Source: an uncultured Gammaproteobacteria bacterium | GTDB lineage: Bacteria > Patescibacteriota > Patescibacteriia > Patescibacteriales > UBA12465 | Reading direction: 5' to 3' | DNA length: 64,000 bases | Assembly (NCBI GenBank): GCA_964473565.1 | Contig: CAYYPI010000003.1 | Coordinates: forward strand, 1,811 to 65,810 | In this document: positions 45,502 through 53,718 of the stretch, one piece after another | How positions within the stretch are numbered: the stretch's first letter is position 1 | Layout of the letters: every line of letters begins with the position of its first letter | Translations under genes and position numbers: made by a program | Notes under the pieces: generated by a model | Database searches by the model: none | What the model was told of the DNA's origin: nothing | The model's input: the letters and a program-made list of their open reading frames with translations, nothing else

Positions 45502-46314
45502 ATGAAAAGAAAAAAACTTAATCAAGTTCTTATATTAGCTTTATTTATATTCTTTTTAATTTTAATAACAAAAGCTAACAAGGCGGAGAAAGTAGTTTTT
45601 ATGTCAGTAGGGCAGGGTGATTCAAGTTTAATTTATACAAAAGAAAGGACAGTTTTAATAGATGGAGGCCCTGATTGGCAAGCGCTGTTAGAGATTCCTA
45701 AAGTTTTAAAGGATGAGATGATAATTAATGATCTTGTAGTTACCCATCCACATAGTGATCATTATTTTGGTTTAGCAGAGCTAATTAATAGATATAAAGT
45801 TGATAATATATATTACTATGATAAGAATAAAGGAAACGAAAGCTTTGAGTTATTCCTTAAAAATATTAAAAATAAAGAGATTAATCTCATTAATGTGAAA
45901 AGGGGTGATAAAATTAGACTTAGAAAGAATTGTTATTTGTATTTTTTATGGCCAAAACTAGAAGAGAAAAAAGTGGGTTTTGATACGAATGAATTGTCAA
46001 TTGTTAATTATTTTAGCTGTGGAAAACTAAAAATACTTTTCACAGGTGATATTTCTAAGGCTGTGGAAAAACAGTTAATAAGTATGGATAAAAGCTTAAA
46101 ATTTGATGTTTTAAAGTCTGCTCACCACGGTTCAAAAAATAGTAATTCTTGGGATTTTTTAAGTTTTTATAGGCCTCAAAAAATGATAATAAGTGTTGAA
46201 AAAGGTAATAAACATGGGCTTCCTAGTGCAGAGGTTATAAATAAGGCTAAAGCCCTTAATATAGAAGTTTATAGTTTAGCAGATAGTGAATCTTATGAAA
46301 TTTTGATAAAGTAG
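45502..46314 (+). CDS. signal-anchored metallo-beta-lactamase-fold hydrolase, ComEC C-terminal-domain type
   Basis: N-terminal TM, then VGQGDSSLIYT and THPHSDHYFG motifs as in the ComEC MBL domain. No ComEC channel domain is present. Confidence 0.75.
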   Translation: MKRKKLNQVLILALFIFFLILITKANKAEKVVFMSVGQGDSSLIYTKERTVLIDGGPDWQALLEIPKVLKDEMIINDLVVTHPHSDHYFGLAELINRYKVDNIYYYDKNKGNESFELFLKNIKNKEINLINVKRGDKIRLRKNCYLYFLWPKLEEKKVGFDTNELSIVNYFSCGKLKILFTGDISKAVEKQLISMDKSLKFDVLKSAHHGSKNSNSWDFLSFYRPQKMIISVEKGNKHGLPSAEVINKAKALNIEVYSLADSESYEILIK

Positions 46315-46324
46315 GCGCTAACTG

Positions 46325-46353
46325 TTGACAAGTATGTTTTTCTTTGCTATACT
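46325..46353 (+). promoter_or_regulatory. consensus sigma70 promoter of the orphan structured RNA
   Basis: TTGACA (46325-46330), a 17-nt spacer, then TATACT (46348-46353). Confidence 0.65.
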
Positions 46354-46358
46354 TTCTA

Positions 46359-46510
46359 GAGTTAGAAAATTAAAACTTTATAAGACCACTTGAAGCGGGT
46401 ATGGCACACGACAAGCATGGGGAGGTCATCATCTTTGGTTTCTTAGGCTCCGGCTTAAGGACACCGAGAGTTGATTTTCTTGCCTTGCCCGCTTCAGGTG
46501 GTCTTTTTTT
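46359..46510 (+). ncRNA. orphan GC-rich structured small RNA (~150 nt), class unassigned
   Basis: 16-bp closing stem GACCACTTGAAGCGGG/CCCGCTTCAGGTGGTC (46384-46399 with 46488-46503) followed by T7. Apical hairpin UUCUUAGGC-UCCG-GCUUAAGGA has a C(UNCG)G tetraloop. The core is ~53% G+C by hand count. Confidence 0.55.
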
Positions 46511-46556
46511 ATTAGTTATATTTATATATAACTTTTTTTATATCAAAGTCTTTAAT

Positions 46557-48452
46557 TTATTGGTTGTCATTACTGTCTTCATTTTCAGTACTATCTTCTG
46601 TACTTTCATCTGTTACTTGATCATCTTCATCAATAATTACTTCCTCTGTTGAGGTAGCGTTTTTCTCTTCTTCCTTTCCTATCAAACAAACCTCTTGCCA
46701 TGGTGTATAGCGAGAATAGAATCTTCTTTCTTTATCTTCTTTTTGAGTATCACTACCTTCAGGATATTTTACAGTGTAATCAAAATAGGCATCAGCTCCA
46801 TTATGTGCACTTTCAGTGCACTTTACTTTGCCTGGTTCAAGATCTTCGGTTTCAATATATTTAGTTGGAGGCGGTTCTTTTATGTTATATATTACAGGAT
46901 AAGTGGTACTGGCTTGTCTACCATCATTAGTACCCCAAAAATCAAAGTATAAATCACTTCCTTCAATACGATATTGAATCATTATATGGTTAGGGGTGTC
47001 ATTTAAAAATCTAAAGTCAGGCTTAGGATCATAGATAGTTGCATCTGTTCCAGCTGGTTCATAGTATGAAACTCTGTATGAGTGATTTCTTCTCTCAGTT
47101 ATTTCAAGTCCTGAATCTAAAGCTGTTCTAAAAACTGTAGTTCCAATTTGGCAAAGGCCACCGCCATATTCTGGCACTGTTTCATTACCCTTAATAACGA
47201 GTTCAGGTAAGTAATTGTTTGCAGCATCTATATCTCCTAGGGATTGTACTAAAGAAAACTCTTGGCCAGGTTTTATAAGCATACCATTTAAAGTATCAGC
47301 TCCCACTTGAATATTATGTCTTCTATTAGCTGGGGAACCAGCAAAATTAGAATGTCCAGTTCCGATAATTTCTTTAATTCCAAGATTTAAATTATCTGAA
47401 GTATTATAGTTAATATCTGAAACAACTAAATCTATTTCAGAGTCTTTGTTTTTGATATTTTCTTGAATAAGTTCTGTGGTTTTATTTATTTCTAAATTCA
47501 ATCCTTTTTCAGCTAGCTGAAACTCTTCTACTTTTCCATCTTTAATAACAAAGTCTGCTTTTACCGGGTCTTTGTCTATATTAGGGGCTATTTCTTTATT
47601 TAAAAATTCTTTAATTTTATTTTCATTTACTTCAATAATTATTTCTTGATTATCTAGTTTTTTAAAGTTTAACCACTTAGAAAAGTCTTCTTTATTTACT
47701 AACCACTCTCGATTTTTATGATATAAGTTAATAGGGCTTAAGCTCATTAATTCATTAGCCTCACTTATTTTATCTTCTACGTCTTGTTTGTATATTTGAG
47801 GATAGTCTGTTTTGTCTTGGAGTCGGATAGAAACGTCTTGAGCTAAATCAAGACTCTTTTTTAAATCAGAAATAGCTTGTTCATAATCTATAATCTTACC
47901 TATTTTTTCTTCCTCTATATAAATGTTATTCTCATCCTCATTAACTTCAATAATTAATTTTGCATCTTGAGCAGGGTATTCAAGCTCCTTGTATTTACTT
48001 TGCAGTAATTCTTTTATTCTTCCTTCTTCTAAGTTATATACTAGTTCAACTCTTTTCCCATTAATTAAAGTTTTAAAACTTTTAACAAGGTTCTCTACAA
48101 AAGACTTGTCTTTTCCATAGTTAATTGCATTTCTAGCCGTTTCTTTTGCATCGAAATATACTATTGGATAAGCTAGGTCAGGTTCAAATGAAGAAACTGT
48201 GGGACTAAGAGCAATTTTTTTATCTTGGTAATAAAATACCATACCTTCATTATTGTATTTTTCAACTTCTTTATTTACTAAATCTTCTATTTCAGCTGCT
48301 TCTCTATTAGAAAGATTGTAATTAGCAAAGCTTAAACCAGAAAGTGCTTTATTGGAATAACTTTTACTGTATGCAAAATAAGCAAACACAAGGCTTGCTA
48401 TTATAAGTATGAATATAATAAATTTTATTTTATGTTTAAGAAATAAATTCAT
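46557..48452 (-). CDS. VanW/YoaR-family protein, signal-anchored, with acidic C-terminal tail
   Basis: 631 aa. VanW core seen as PGQEFSLVQSLG...GGGLCQIGTTVFRTA...ERRNHSY. Confidence 0.8.
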   Translation of the reverse strand: MNLFLKHKIKFIIFILIIASLVFAYFAYSKSYSNKALSGLSFANYNLSNREAAEIEDLVNKEVEKYNNEGMVFYYQDKKIALSPTVSSFEPDLAYPIVYFDAKETARNAINYGKDKSFVENLVKSFKTLINGKRVELVYNLEEGRIKELLQSKYKELEYPAQDAKLIIEVNEDENNIYIEEEKIGKIIDYEQAISDLKKSLDLAQDVSIRLQDKTDYPQIYKQDVEDKISEANELMSLSPINLYHKNREWLVNKEDFSKWLNFKKLDNQEIIIEVNENKIKEFLNKEIAPNIDKDPVKADFVIKDGKVEEFQLAEKGLNLEINKTTELIQENIKNKDSEIDLVVSDINYNTSDNLNLGIKEIIGTGHSNFAGSPANRRHNIQVGADTLNGMLIKPGQEFSLVQSLGDIDAANNYLPELVIKGNETVPEYGGGLCQIGTTVFRTALDSGLEITERRNHSYRVSYYEPAGTDATIYDPKPDFRFLNDTPNHIMIQYRIEGSDLYFDFWGTNDGRQASTTYPVIYNIKEPPPTKYIETEDLEPGKVKCTESAHNGADAYFDYTVKYPEGSDTQKEDKERRFYSRYTPWQEVCLIGKEEEKNATSTEEVIIDEDDQVTDESTEDSTENEDSNDNQ

Positions 48453-48668
48453 TTATTTATTTTCATTGCTATTTAAAATCTCATTTAAAATTTCTTTACC
48501 TAAATTATTTTGGTCTTGATCTCCTTTAAATAATTTTATTTTTATCTCATCACCAATCTTTATATTTTCAGCTAAGTTTTCTCTTTTAACTTTTAAATTT
48601 TCTTTAGCTTGATTTTCTAGGTAGATAAAGTCTTTTTCAATACTTTTAACACTAAATTTAATTAACAT
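48453..48668 (-). CDS. small hypothetical protein
   Basis: 71 aa. Its stop codon abuts the VanW start. It may be DUF3006-like, but that assignment is weak. Confidence 0.4.
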   Translation of the reverse strand: MLIKFSVKSIEKDFIYLENQAKENLKVKRENLAENIKIGDEIKIKLFKGDQDQNNLGKEILNEILNSNENK

Positions 48669-48673
48669 ATTTT

Positions 48674-49075
48674 TTATTTTACCTTTACTTCAATTTTGTC
48701 AGCTCTTTTTAGTTTAATTAAGGTGATTGTTAAGACTCCATCTTCCAGTACAGCATCTATTTTATCTTCATTTATTTCTGTAGGGAGAATTACTGTTCTA
48801 GAAAACGGACCCCAATAACATTCTTTATAAATGCTGTTATCATCATTTAATTCTTCTGGTAAGTTTAGATCTCGATGTCCTTTAATAGTTAGCATGTCAT
48901 TATGCAAAGATATGTTTAAATCCTCAGGTTTGACGCCAGCCATAGTCGATTTAATATAGATTTTTTTATCAGTTTCGTAAACATCTATAGATAACTGTCC
49001 TTCACTGTAATCTTCGTCTAACCATTTTTCATTGATTGAAATATTTTCTTCTTGTTTTGGTTTGCTTGAATTCAT
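48674..49075 (-). CDS. Hsp20/alpha-crystallin small heat-shock protein
   Basis: 133 aa. Alpha-crystallin domain seen as LSIDVYETDKKIYIKSTMAGVKPEDLNISLHNDMLTIKG...DGVLTITL. Confidence 0.9.
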   Translation of the reverse strand: MNSSKPKQEENISINEKWLDEDYSEGQLSIDVYETDKKIYIKSTMAGVKPEDLNISLHNDMLTIKGHRDLNLPEELNDDNSIYKECYWGPFSRTVILPTEINEDKIDAVLEDGVLTITLIKLKRADKIEVKVK

Positions 49076-49117
49076 ATTATAATATAGATAAGTTAATTAG
49101 TATTATTAAAAATTATG

Positions 49118-49192
49118 TGGGTTTACCCTGACTTGAACAGGGGACCTCTACGATGTCAACGTAGCGCTCTAACCAAACTGAGCTATAAACCC
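49118..49192 (-). tRNA. tRNA-Val (anticodon GAC)
   Basis: GGGTTTATAGCTCAGTTTGGTTAGAGCGCTACGTTGACATCGTAGAGGTCCCCTGTTCAAGTCAGGGTAAACCCA. Confidence 0.95.
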
Positions 49193-49245
49193 CTTTTACT
49201 ATAAAATAGCAATAATTAGCTAAAAAGTAAATATTAAAGACTATT

Positions 49246-49275
49246 AAAAATAACCACTAAAAAGTGGTTATTTTT
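49246..49275. terminator. hairpin with flanking A- and T-runs between the two tRNA genes
   Basis: AAAAA, then TAACCACT-AAAA-AGTGGTTA hairpin, then TTTTT. Confidence 0.6.
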
Positions 49276-49281
49276 ATTATG

Positions 49282-49354
49282 TGCGCCTAGATGGAATTGA
49301 ACCATCGACCCCTGCTTTATAAGAGCAGTGCTCTAACCCCTGAGCTATAGGCGC
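49282..49354 (-). tRNA. tRNA-Ile (anticodon UAU)
   Basis: GCGCCTATAGCTCAGGGGTTAGAGCACTGCTCTTATAAAGCAGGGGTCGATGGTTCAATTCCATCTAGGCGCA. The anticodon loop CTTATAA sits between the CTGCT/AGCAG stem halves. Confidence 0.9.
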
Positions 49355-49407
49355 AAATAATCTAAAAAAACTATTAATATATATAATAGCTGTTTATTAA
49401 TTTAGCA

Positions 49408-50592
49408 CTATAAAGACATTTTCGCAAGTTTGTTTTTAACTGTTTCTAGCACTTTATTCTTAGCTTCATTCATTTTTTCTTTAACAATTCCTTGAGCTAT
49501 CTTTTGAGATCCTTTTACTTGATATTCTTTTACAATTTCTAATGAGTTTATGTTTTTTATTGAAAAGATGAAAAATTTAGTAATATTCTCATTATCTTTT
49601 TGAGGGAAGAAAATTATTATAATTTTTGCTTTAGGAATACTAGCAATTAATTCTTCAACTACTGATAATAGGTGTTTAGACTCTGCCCCTGTATCTTTAA
49701 AATCCTGAGATGTAAGGCTAGAGTAGATAATCTCTTCACTGTTTAAAGATTTTAAGTTATTTAAAACTTTACCCCAAAGTTTTAATGATTCCAGTGATCT
49801 AGAACGATACAAGTTGTTAATAATTTCTTCTCTTCTAGCACCTAAATTAATTAATTGTGAAGTGCTAAGCAAGGTTTTAGGGGTTAGATTTGGACTTTTA
49901 AAACTCTTGCTTTTATAAATAATACCAGCTAGTAGACAGGTAGCAATATCTTCATCAATTAAATCTACTGATTGACTTTTAAAAATATTGAAAATTATTT
50001 CTGAGCTAGAGACAGCATTTAAATTAATAATATTAATTTGTCCGAACTCTTCATTGCTAGCCTGATGATCAATGTTAATAATTGGGGTTTTATAAAAAAA
50101 CTCAACATTATTATCATAAGTCTTTCCTAGGGATTCTAAGTCCATAGTATCTACAGTAATAATTAAGTCATACTTAAAACCACTACTTTGTGTGCTAATA
50201 TCTTCTTCAGTGAAAAAACCTTCTTTAGGTGACACTATAAAGTTTAGTTTATTTTTCTCTAAAGTATATTTAATTTGATCAACTTTGGCATTAGAAATAT
50301 CTAAGGAAACAATAAATTTTCTAACATTATCTAAGGTGTCATTTATATTTGAAAAACCAGGTAAAAAGTTAAATATTTTTTCAGAGGAAATTTGTTCAGA
50401 ATTATTGGATAAGCTCGGGTCAGCCACAATATTAACTTCTTTACCCATTTTTTTTAGTAACCAATATAAAGCTAAAGAGCTTGAGACAGCACCACCATCA
50501 AAATCAACAGAGAAAGAAATTAAAATATTCTTTGCCTTATTTATTTCTTTAAAAAATTGTTCCTCTTTAGTTAACATAAATTTATTAATCAA
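49408..50592 (-). CDS. DHH/DHHA1-family phosphoesterase (NrnA-like)
   Basis: 394 aa. Motif I-II region is FSVDFDGGAVSSSLALYWLL. The DHH motif is present as IDHQ. A C-terminal DHHA1-like region is present. Confidence 0.75.
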   Translation of the reverse strand: MINKFMLTKEEQFFKEINKAKNILISFSVDFDGGAVSSSLALYWLLKKMGKEVNIVADPSLSNNSEQISSEKIFNFLPGFSNINDTLDNVRKFIVSLDISNAKVDQIKYTLEKNKLNFIVSPKEGFFTEEDISTQSSGFKYDLIITVDTMDLESLGKTYDNNVEFFYKTPIINIDHQASNEEFGQINIINLNAVSSSEIIFNIFKSQSVDLIDEDIATCLLAGIIYKSKSFKSPNLTPKTLLSTSQLINLGARREEIINNLYRSRSLESLKLWGKVLNNLKSLNSEEIIYSSLTSQDFKDTGAESKHLLSVVEELIASIPKAKIIIIFFPQKDNENITKFFIFSIKNINSLEIVKEYQVKGSQKIAQGIVKEKMNEAKNKVLETVKNKLAKMSL

Positions 50593-50706
50593 AATGAATT
50601 CTTTAAATATAGCTTAGTTAATATTAGCTGTCAAGGTATAAAAAACTCCTTTTTGCCTAGCAAAAAACCTTGTCAGACTCAAATTATTTTGATACTGTAA
50701 GTCTAT

Positions 50707-53313
50707 ATGGATAAAGCATATAACCCAGAAAAATACGAAAAAGACATTTATGATTATTGGCAAAAATCAGGTTTTTTTAATCCTGATAATTTAGATTTAC
50801 CTGCTGATGCAAAAAATTATACTATTATATTACCTCCACCCAATGTAACAGATAAACTACATATGGGACATGCCTCAACTATAGCTATTGAGGATTTGCT
50901 TATAAGGTTTCATCGCTTAAAAGGCTATAGAACTTTATGGTTACCAGGAACCGATCATGCAGCTATTGCCACACAAAATGTAGTTGAAAAGAGAATGTAT
51001 AAAGAAAAGGGGCAAACAAGACATGACCTAGGAAGAGAAAAGTTCTTACAAGAGGTTAATAGCTTTGCTTTAAATACTCAAAAAACTATAATTTCACAAA
51101 TACAAAAGATGGGAGCCTCTCTTGATTGGAGTAGATTAGCTTTCACTCTTGATGACCACAGGCAAAAAGCTGTTAAAGAAATGTTTGTTAGAATGTATAA
51201 AGAAGGAGTTGTATACAGAGGGGAAAGAGTAATTAATTGGTGTCCTAGATGTCACTCCACTTTAGCTGATGATGAAGTGGAGTATAAAGAACAGGGAGCA
51301 AAGCTTTACACCTTTAAATATAGCAAAGATTTTCCCTTTGCTATTTCTACTACTCGACCTGAAACTAAACTGGGAGACACAGCTATTGCTGTTAATCCAA
51401 GTGATAAGAGATATAAAGACTATATAGGAAAGATATATAAAGTTAATTTTGTTGGTGTAGATTTAGATATAAAAATAATTGCTGACAAAAATGTAGACAT
51501 GAATTTTGGTACAGGCGCCTTAGGGGTTACACCAGCTCATTCATTACTTGATTGGCAAATCGCTCAAAAAGAAGGTTTAAAAATGATTAAAGTTATTAAT
51601 GAGGACGCTCAGATTAAACAGGGTTTTGGCAACTATTCTGGCTTAAGTGTTTATGATGCTAGAAAAAAGATCATAGATAGACTCTTAGAAGAAGGTTTAC
51701 TTTTAGAAACTGAAGAAATAAATAATAATCTTTCAATTTGTTATCGTTGTGATAGCCCTATTGAACCACTTCCTTCAAAGCAGTGGTTTATTAATGTAAA
51801 TAAAAAGATCTCCAGATTAAACAATCAGTCTTTAAAGGATAAAGCTTTAAGTGTTATAAAAGACAAGGAGATTAATTTCATACCAGAACGTTTTGAGAAA
51901 AGATATAAAGATTGGATGGAAAATCTTCATGATTGGTGCATTTCTAGACAAATTTGGTATGGGCACAGAATACCTGTATGGTATAGAGAAGATGAGATTT
52001 TTGTAGGCACAGAAGCCCCTAAAGAAGATGGTTGGCAACAAGATGAAGATACTTTAGATACCTGGTTTTCGTCAGGTATGTGGACATTCTCAACTTTAGG
52101 TTGGCCTGAAAAAACTAAGGATTTAGACTTATATCACCCTACACAAGTTTTAGAAACTGGATATGAAATAATAACGTTGTGGGTTTCTCGTATGATTATG
52201 ATGAGCTATTTTGCTTTAGAAGAAATACCTTTTGAGAACGTCTATCTTCATGGTATGGTTTTGGATAAAAAAGGTAAAAAGATGAGTAAGTCAAAAGGTA
52301 ACGGTATCGATCCTGTTGATATTAAAGAGAAATATGGTAGTGATTCTGCTAGACTTTCACTTTTAATTGGTAATACTGCCGGTAATGACTTAAAATTGGA
52401 TGAAGAAAAGATTGCTAGTTTTAGAAATTTTTTAAATAAACTTTGGAATATTTCTAGATATATAATAAGTTTTGTAGATAGAGTTGATTTAGATACAGTA
52501 AAATTAGATGAAAATGATTTTTCAGTTTCAGACAAATGGATTTTTAGCACTTTTAACAAATTAATTAATGAAGTAAGTTTAGATTTAAATAATTATCGCT
52601 TTTCTCAGGCAGGTGAGAAATTGAGAAACTTTACCTGGAATGATTTTGCTGATTGGTATTTAGAGATTAGTAAGTTTGAAAAGAATTCACAAAAACAGAT
52701 ACTTTTAAATTATATACTAGATAATCTACTTAAACTCTGGCACCCATTTATGCCTTTTGTGAGTGAAGCTATATATCAAGAACTTCATCAGGGAAAGAAA
52801 ATGTTAATGGTAGCTAAATGGCCAGAAGCGAATGCTGATATAGATAGTTTTGATAAAGAGATTGACTCCATGAACTTGATTAAAGAAATTATTATAAAAA
52901 TTAGAGAAGCTCGTAGTGCAAATAAAGTTGAGCCAGCTACTAAAATTAAAGTTTTAATTTATGCACATAAATATTATCAGCAAATAAAAGAACAAGAACT
53001 TTTAATTAAGAGCTTAAAAACTGGTATCTCTGATTTAGAGATTAAAGAAAAAGGTGAAAATATTAAAGGGGAAATTAAGGCTACCGTTGCTGAGGTTGAA
53101 ATATTTCTAATTGGAGCTATAGATAAGGAGAAGGAAAAGATTAGAAGAGAGAAGGAGATAAAAAATTTAGAAAAGCAGATTGAATTTTTAAATAAACAAT
53201 TGGAAAATAAAGAATTTGTTGATAAAGCTCCAGAAAAAGTAGTGCAAACACAAAAAGATAAACTTAATCAATGTAAAGTAGAGTTAACAAAGCTTAAAGA
53301 AAAAGATTTTTAA
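50707..53313 (+). CDS. valS: valine--tRNA ligase
   Basis: 868 aa. PPPNVTDKLHMGHA, KMSKSKGN, a CP1 editing domain, and a C-terminal coiled coil. Confidence 0.97.
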   Translation: MDKAYNPEKYEKDIYDYWQKSGFFNPDNLDLPADAKNYTIILPPPNVTDKLHMGHASTIAIEDLLIRFHRLKGYRTLWLPGTDHAAIATQNVVEKRMYKEKGQTRHDLGREKFLQEVNSFALNTQKTIISQIQKMGASLDWSRLAFTLDDHRQKAVKEMFVRMYKEGVVYRGERVINWCPRCHSTLADDEVEYKEQGAKLYTFKYSKDFPFAISTTRPETKLGDTAIAVNPSDKRYKDYIGKIYKVNFVGVDLDIKIIADKNVDMNFGTGALGVTPAHSLLDWQIAQKEGLKMIKVINEDAQIKQGFGNYSGLSVYDARKKIIDRLLEEGLLLETEEINNNLSICYRCDSPIEPLPSKQWFINVNKKISRLNNQSLKDKALSVIKDKEINFIPERFEKRYKDWMENLHDWCISRQIWYGHRIPVWYREDEIFVGTEAPKEDGWQQDEDTLDTWFSSGMWTFSTLGWPEKTKDLDLYHPTQVLETGYEIITLWVSRMIMMSYFALEEIPFENVYLHGMVLDKKGKKMSKSKGNGIDPVDIKEKYGSDSARLSLLIGNTAGNDLKLDEEKIASFRNFLNKLWNISRYIISFVDRVDLDTVKLDENDFSVSDKWIFSTFNKLINEVSLDLNNYRFSQAGEKLRNFTWNDFADWYLEISKFEKNSQKQILLNYILDNLLKLWHPFMPFVSEAIYQELHQGKKMLMVAKWPEANADIDSFDKEIDSMNLIKEIIIKIREARSANKVEPATKIKVLIYAHKYYQQIKEQELLIKSLKTGISDLEIKEKGENIKGEIKATVAEVEIFLIGAIDKEKEKIRREKEIKNLEKQIEFLNKQLENKEFVDKAPEKVVQTQKDKLNQCKVELTKLKEKDF

Positions 53314-53328
53314 TGATATAATTATTTT

Positions 53329-53718
53329 ATGACTTTAAAAAATTATCTCACATTAATGATTATAGCTACCTTGGCTTGCTGGGGTGCTTTCATCTTTATA
53401 TTAAATACAGTTAATCCAGAGATAACTAATTGGCTAGGATTTGTGCTTTTTTACTCTTCCTTGTTTTTAGCCGTAAGTGGTTTATCAGCTATAGTAGGTT
53501 TTTTGGTGAGATTTTGGCTCTTGAAACAAAAGTTAGCTTTTTACTCAGTAAACAGTGCCTTTAGGCAGTCATTTTTATTTGCTTTACTTATAATCTCTGT
53601 TTTACTTCTCTTAGCTAATGATTTATTTACAATTTTAAACGTATTACTTTTAGTAATTATTATAACCCTTATTGAGTTTTTCTTAATCAGTCATCGTAAA
53701 AAAAATTATGAAAAATAA
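53329..53718 (+). CDS. small 4-TM membrane protein of unknown function
   Basis: 129 aa with four hydrophobic spans. Overlaps the pheS start by 11 nt. Confidence 0.5.
   Translation: MTLKNYLTLMIIATLACWGAFIFILNTVNPEITNWLGFVLFYSSLFLAVSGLSAIVGFLVRFWLLKQKLAFYSVNSAFRQSFLFALLIISVLLLLANDLFTILNVLLLVIIITLIEFFLISHRKKNYEK

Noticed and set aside
46359-46510. Identity of the structured RNA as SRP (4.5S) RNA, RNase P RNA or tmRNA
   Set aside because: It lacks the SRP helix-8 consensus (GGUCCGGAAGGAAGCAGCC-like, GNAR loop). It also lacks the RNase P GAGGAAAGUCC box and a tRNA-like 3' end, and it is too short for RNase P or tmRNA. A 6S-like role remains only a loose architectural analogy.
46401-46652. 83-aa ORF (MAHDKHGEVIIFGF...) in the ORF track
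   Set aside because: It starts inside the GC-rich hairpin RNA and reads straight through the 16-bp stem and the T7 terminator. Its tail is low-complexity I/F/L-rich sequence antisense to the VanW 3' end. The region is better explained as a structured RNA followed by non-coding DNA.
50593-50706. T-box or other riboswitch upstream of valS (nested inverted repeats CTGTCAAGGT..ACCTTGTCAG and TTTTTGC-CTA-GCAAAAA)
   Set aside because: The intergenic region is only 114 nt. It has no T-box sequence (AGAGAGU / GGUGGNACCGCG-like), no specifier-loop architecture and no terminator U-run. The small hairpins are common in AT-rich spacers.
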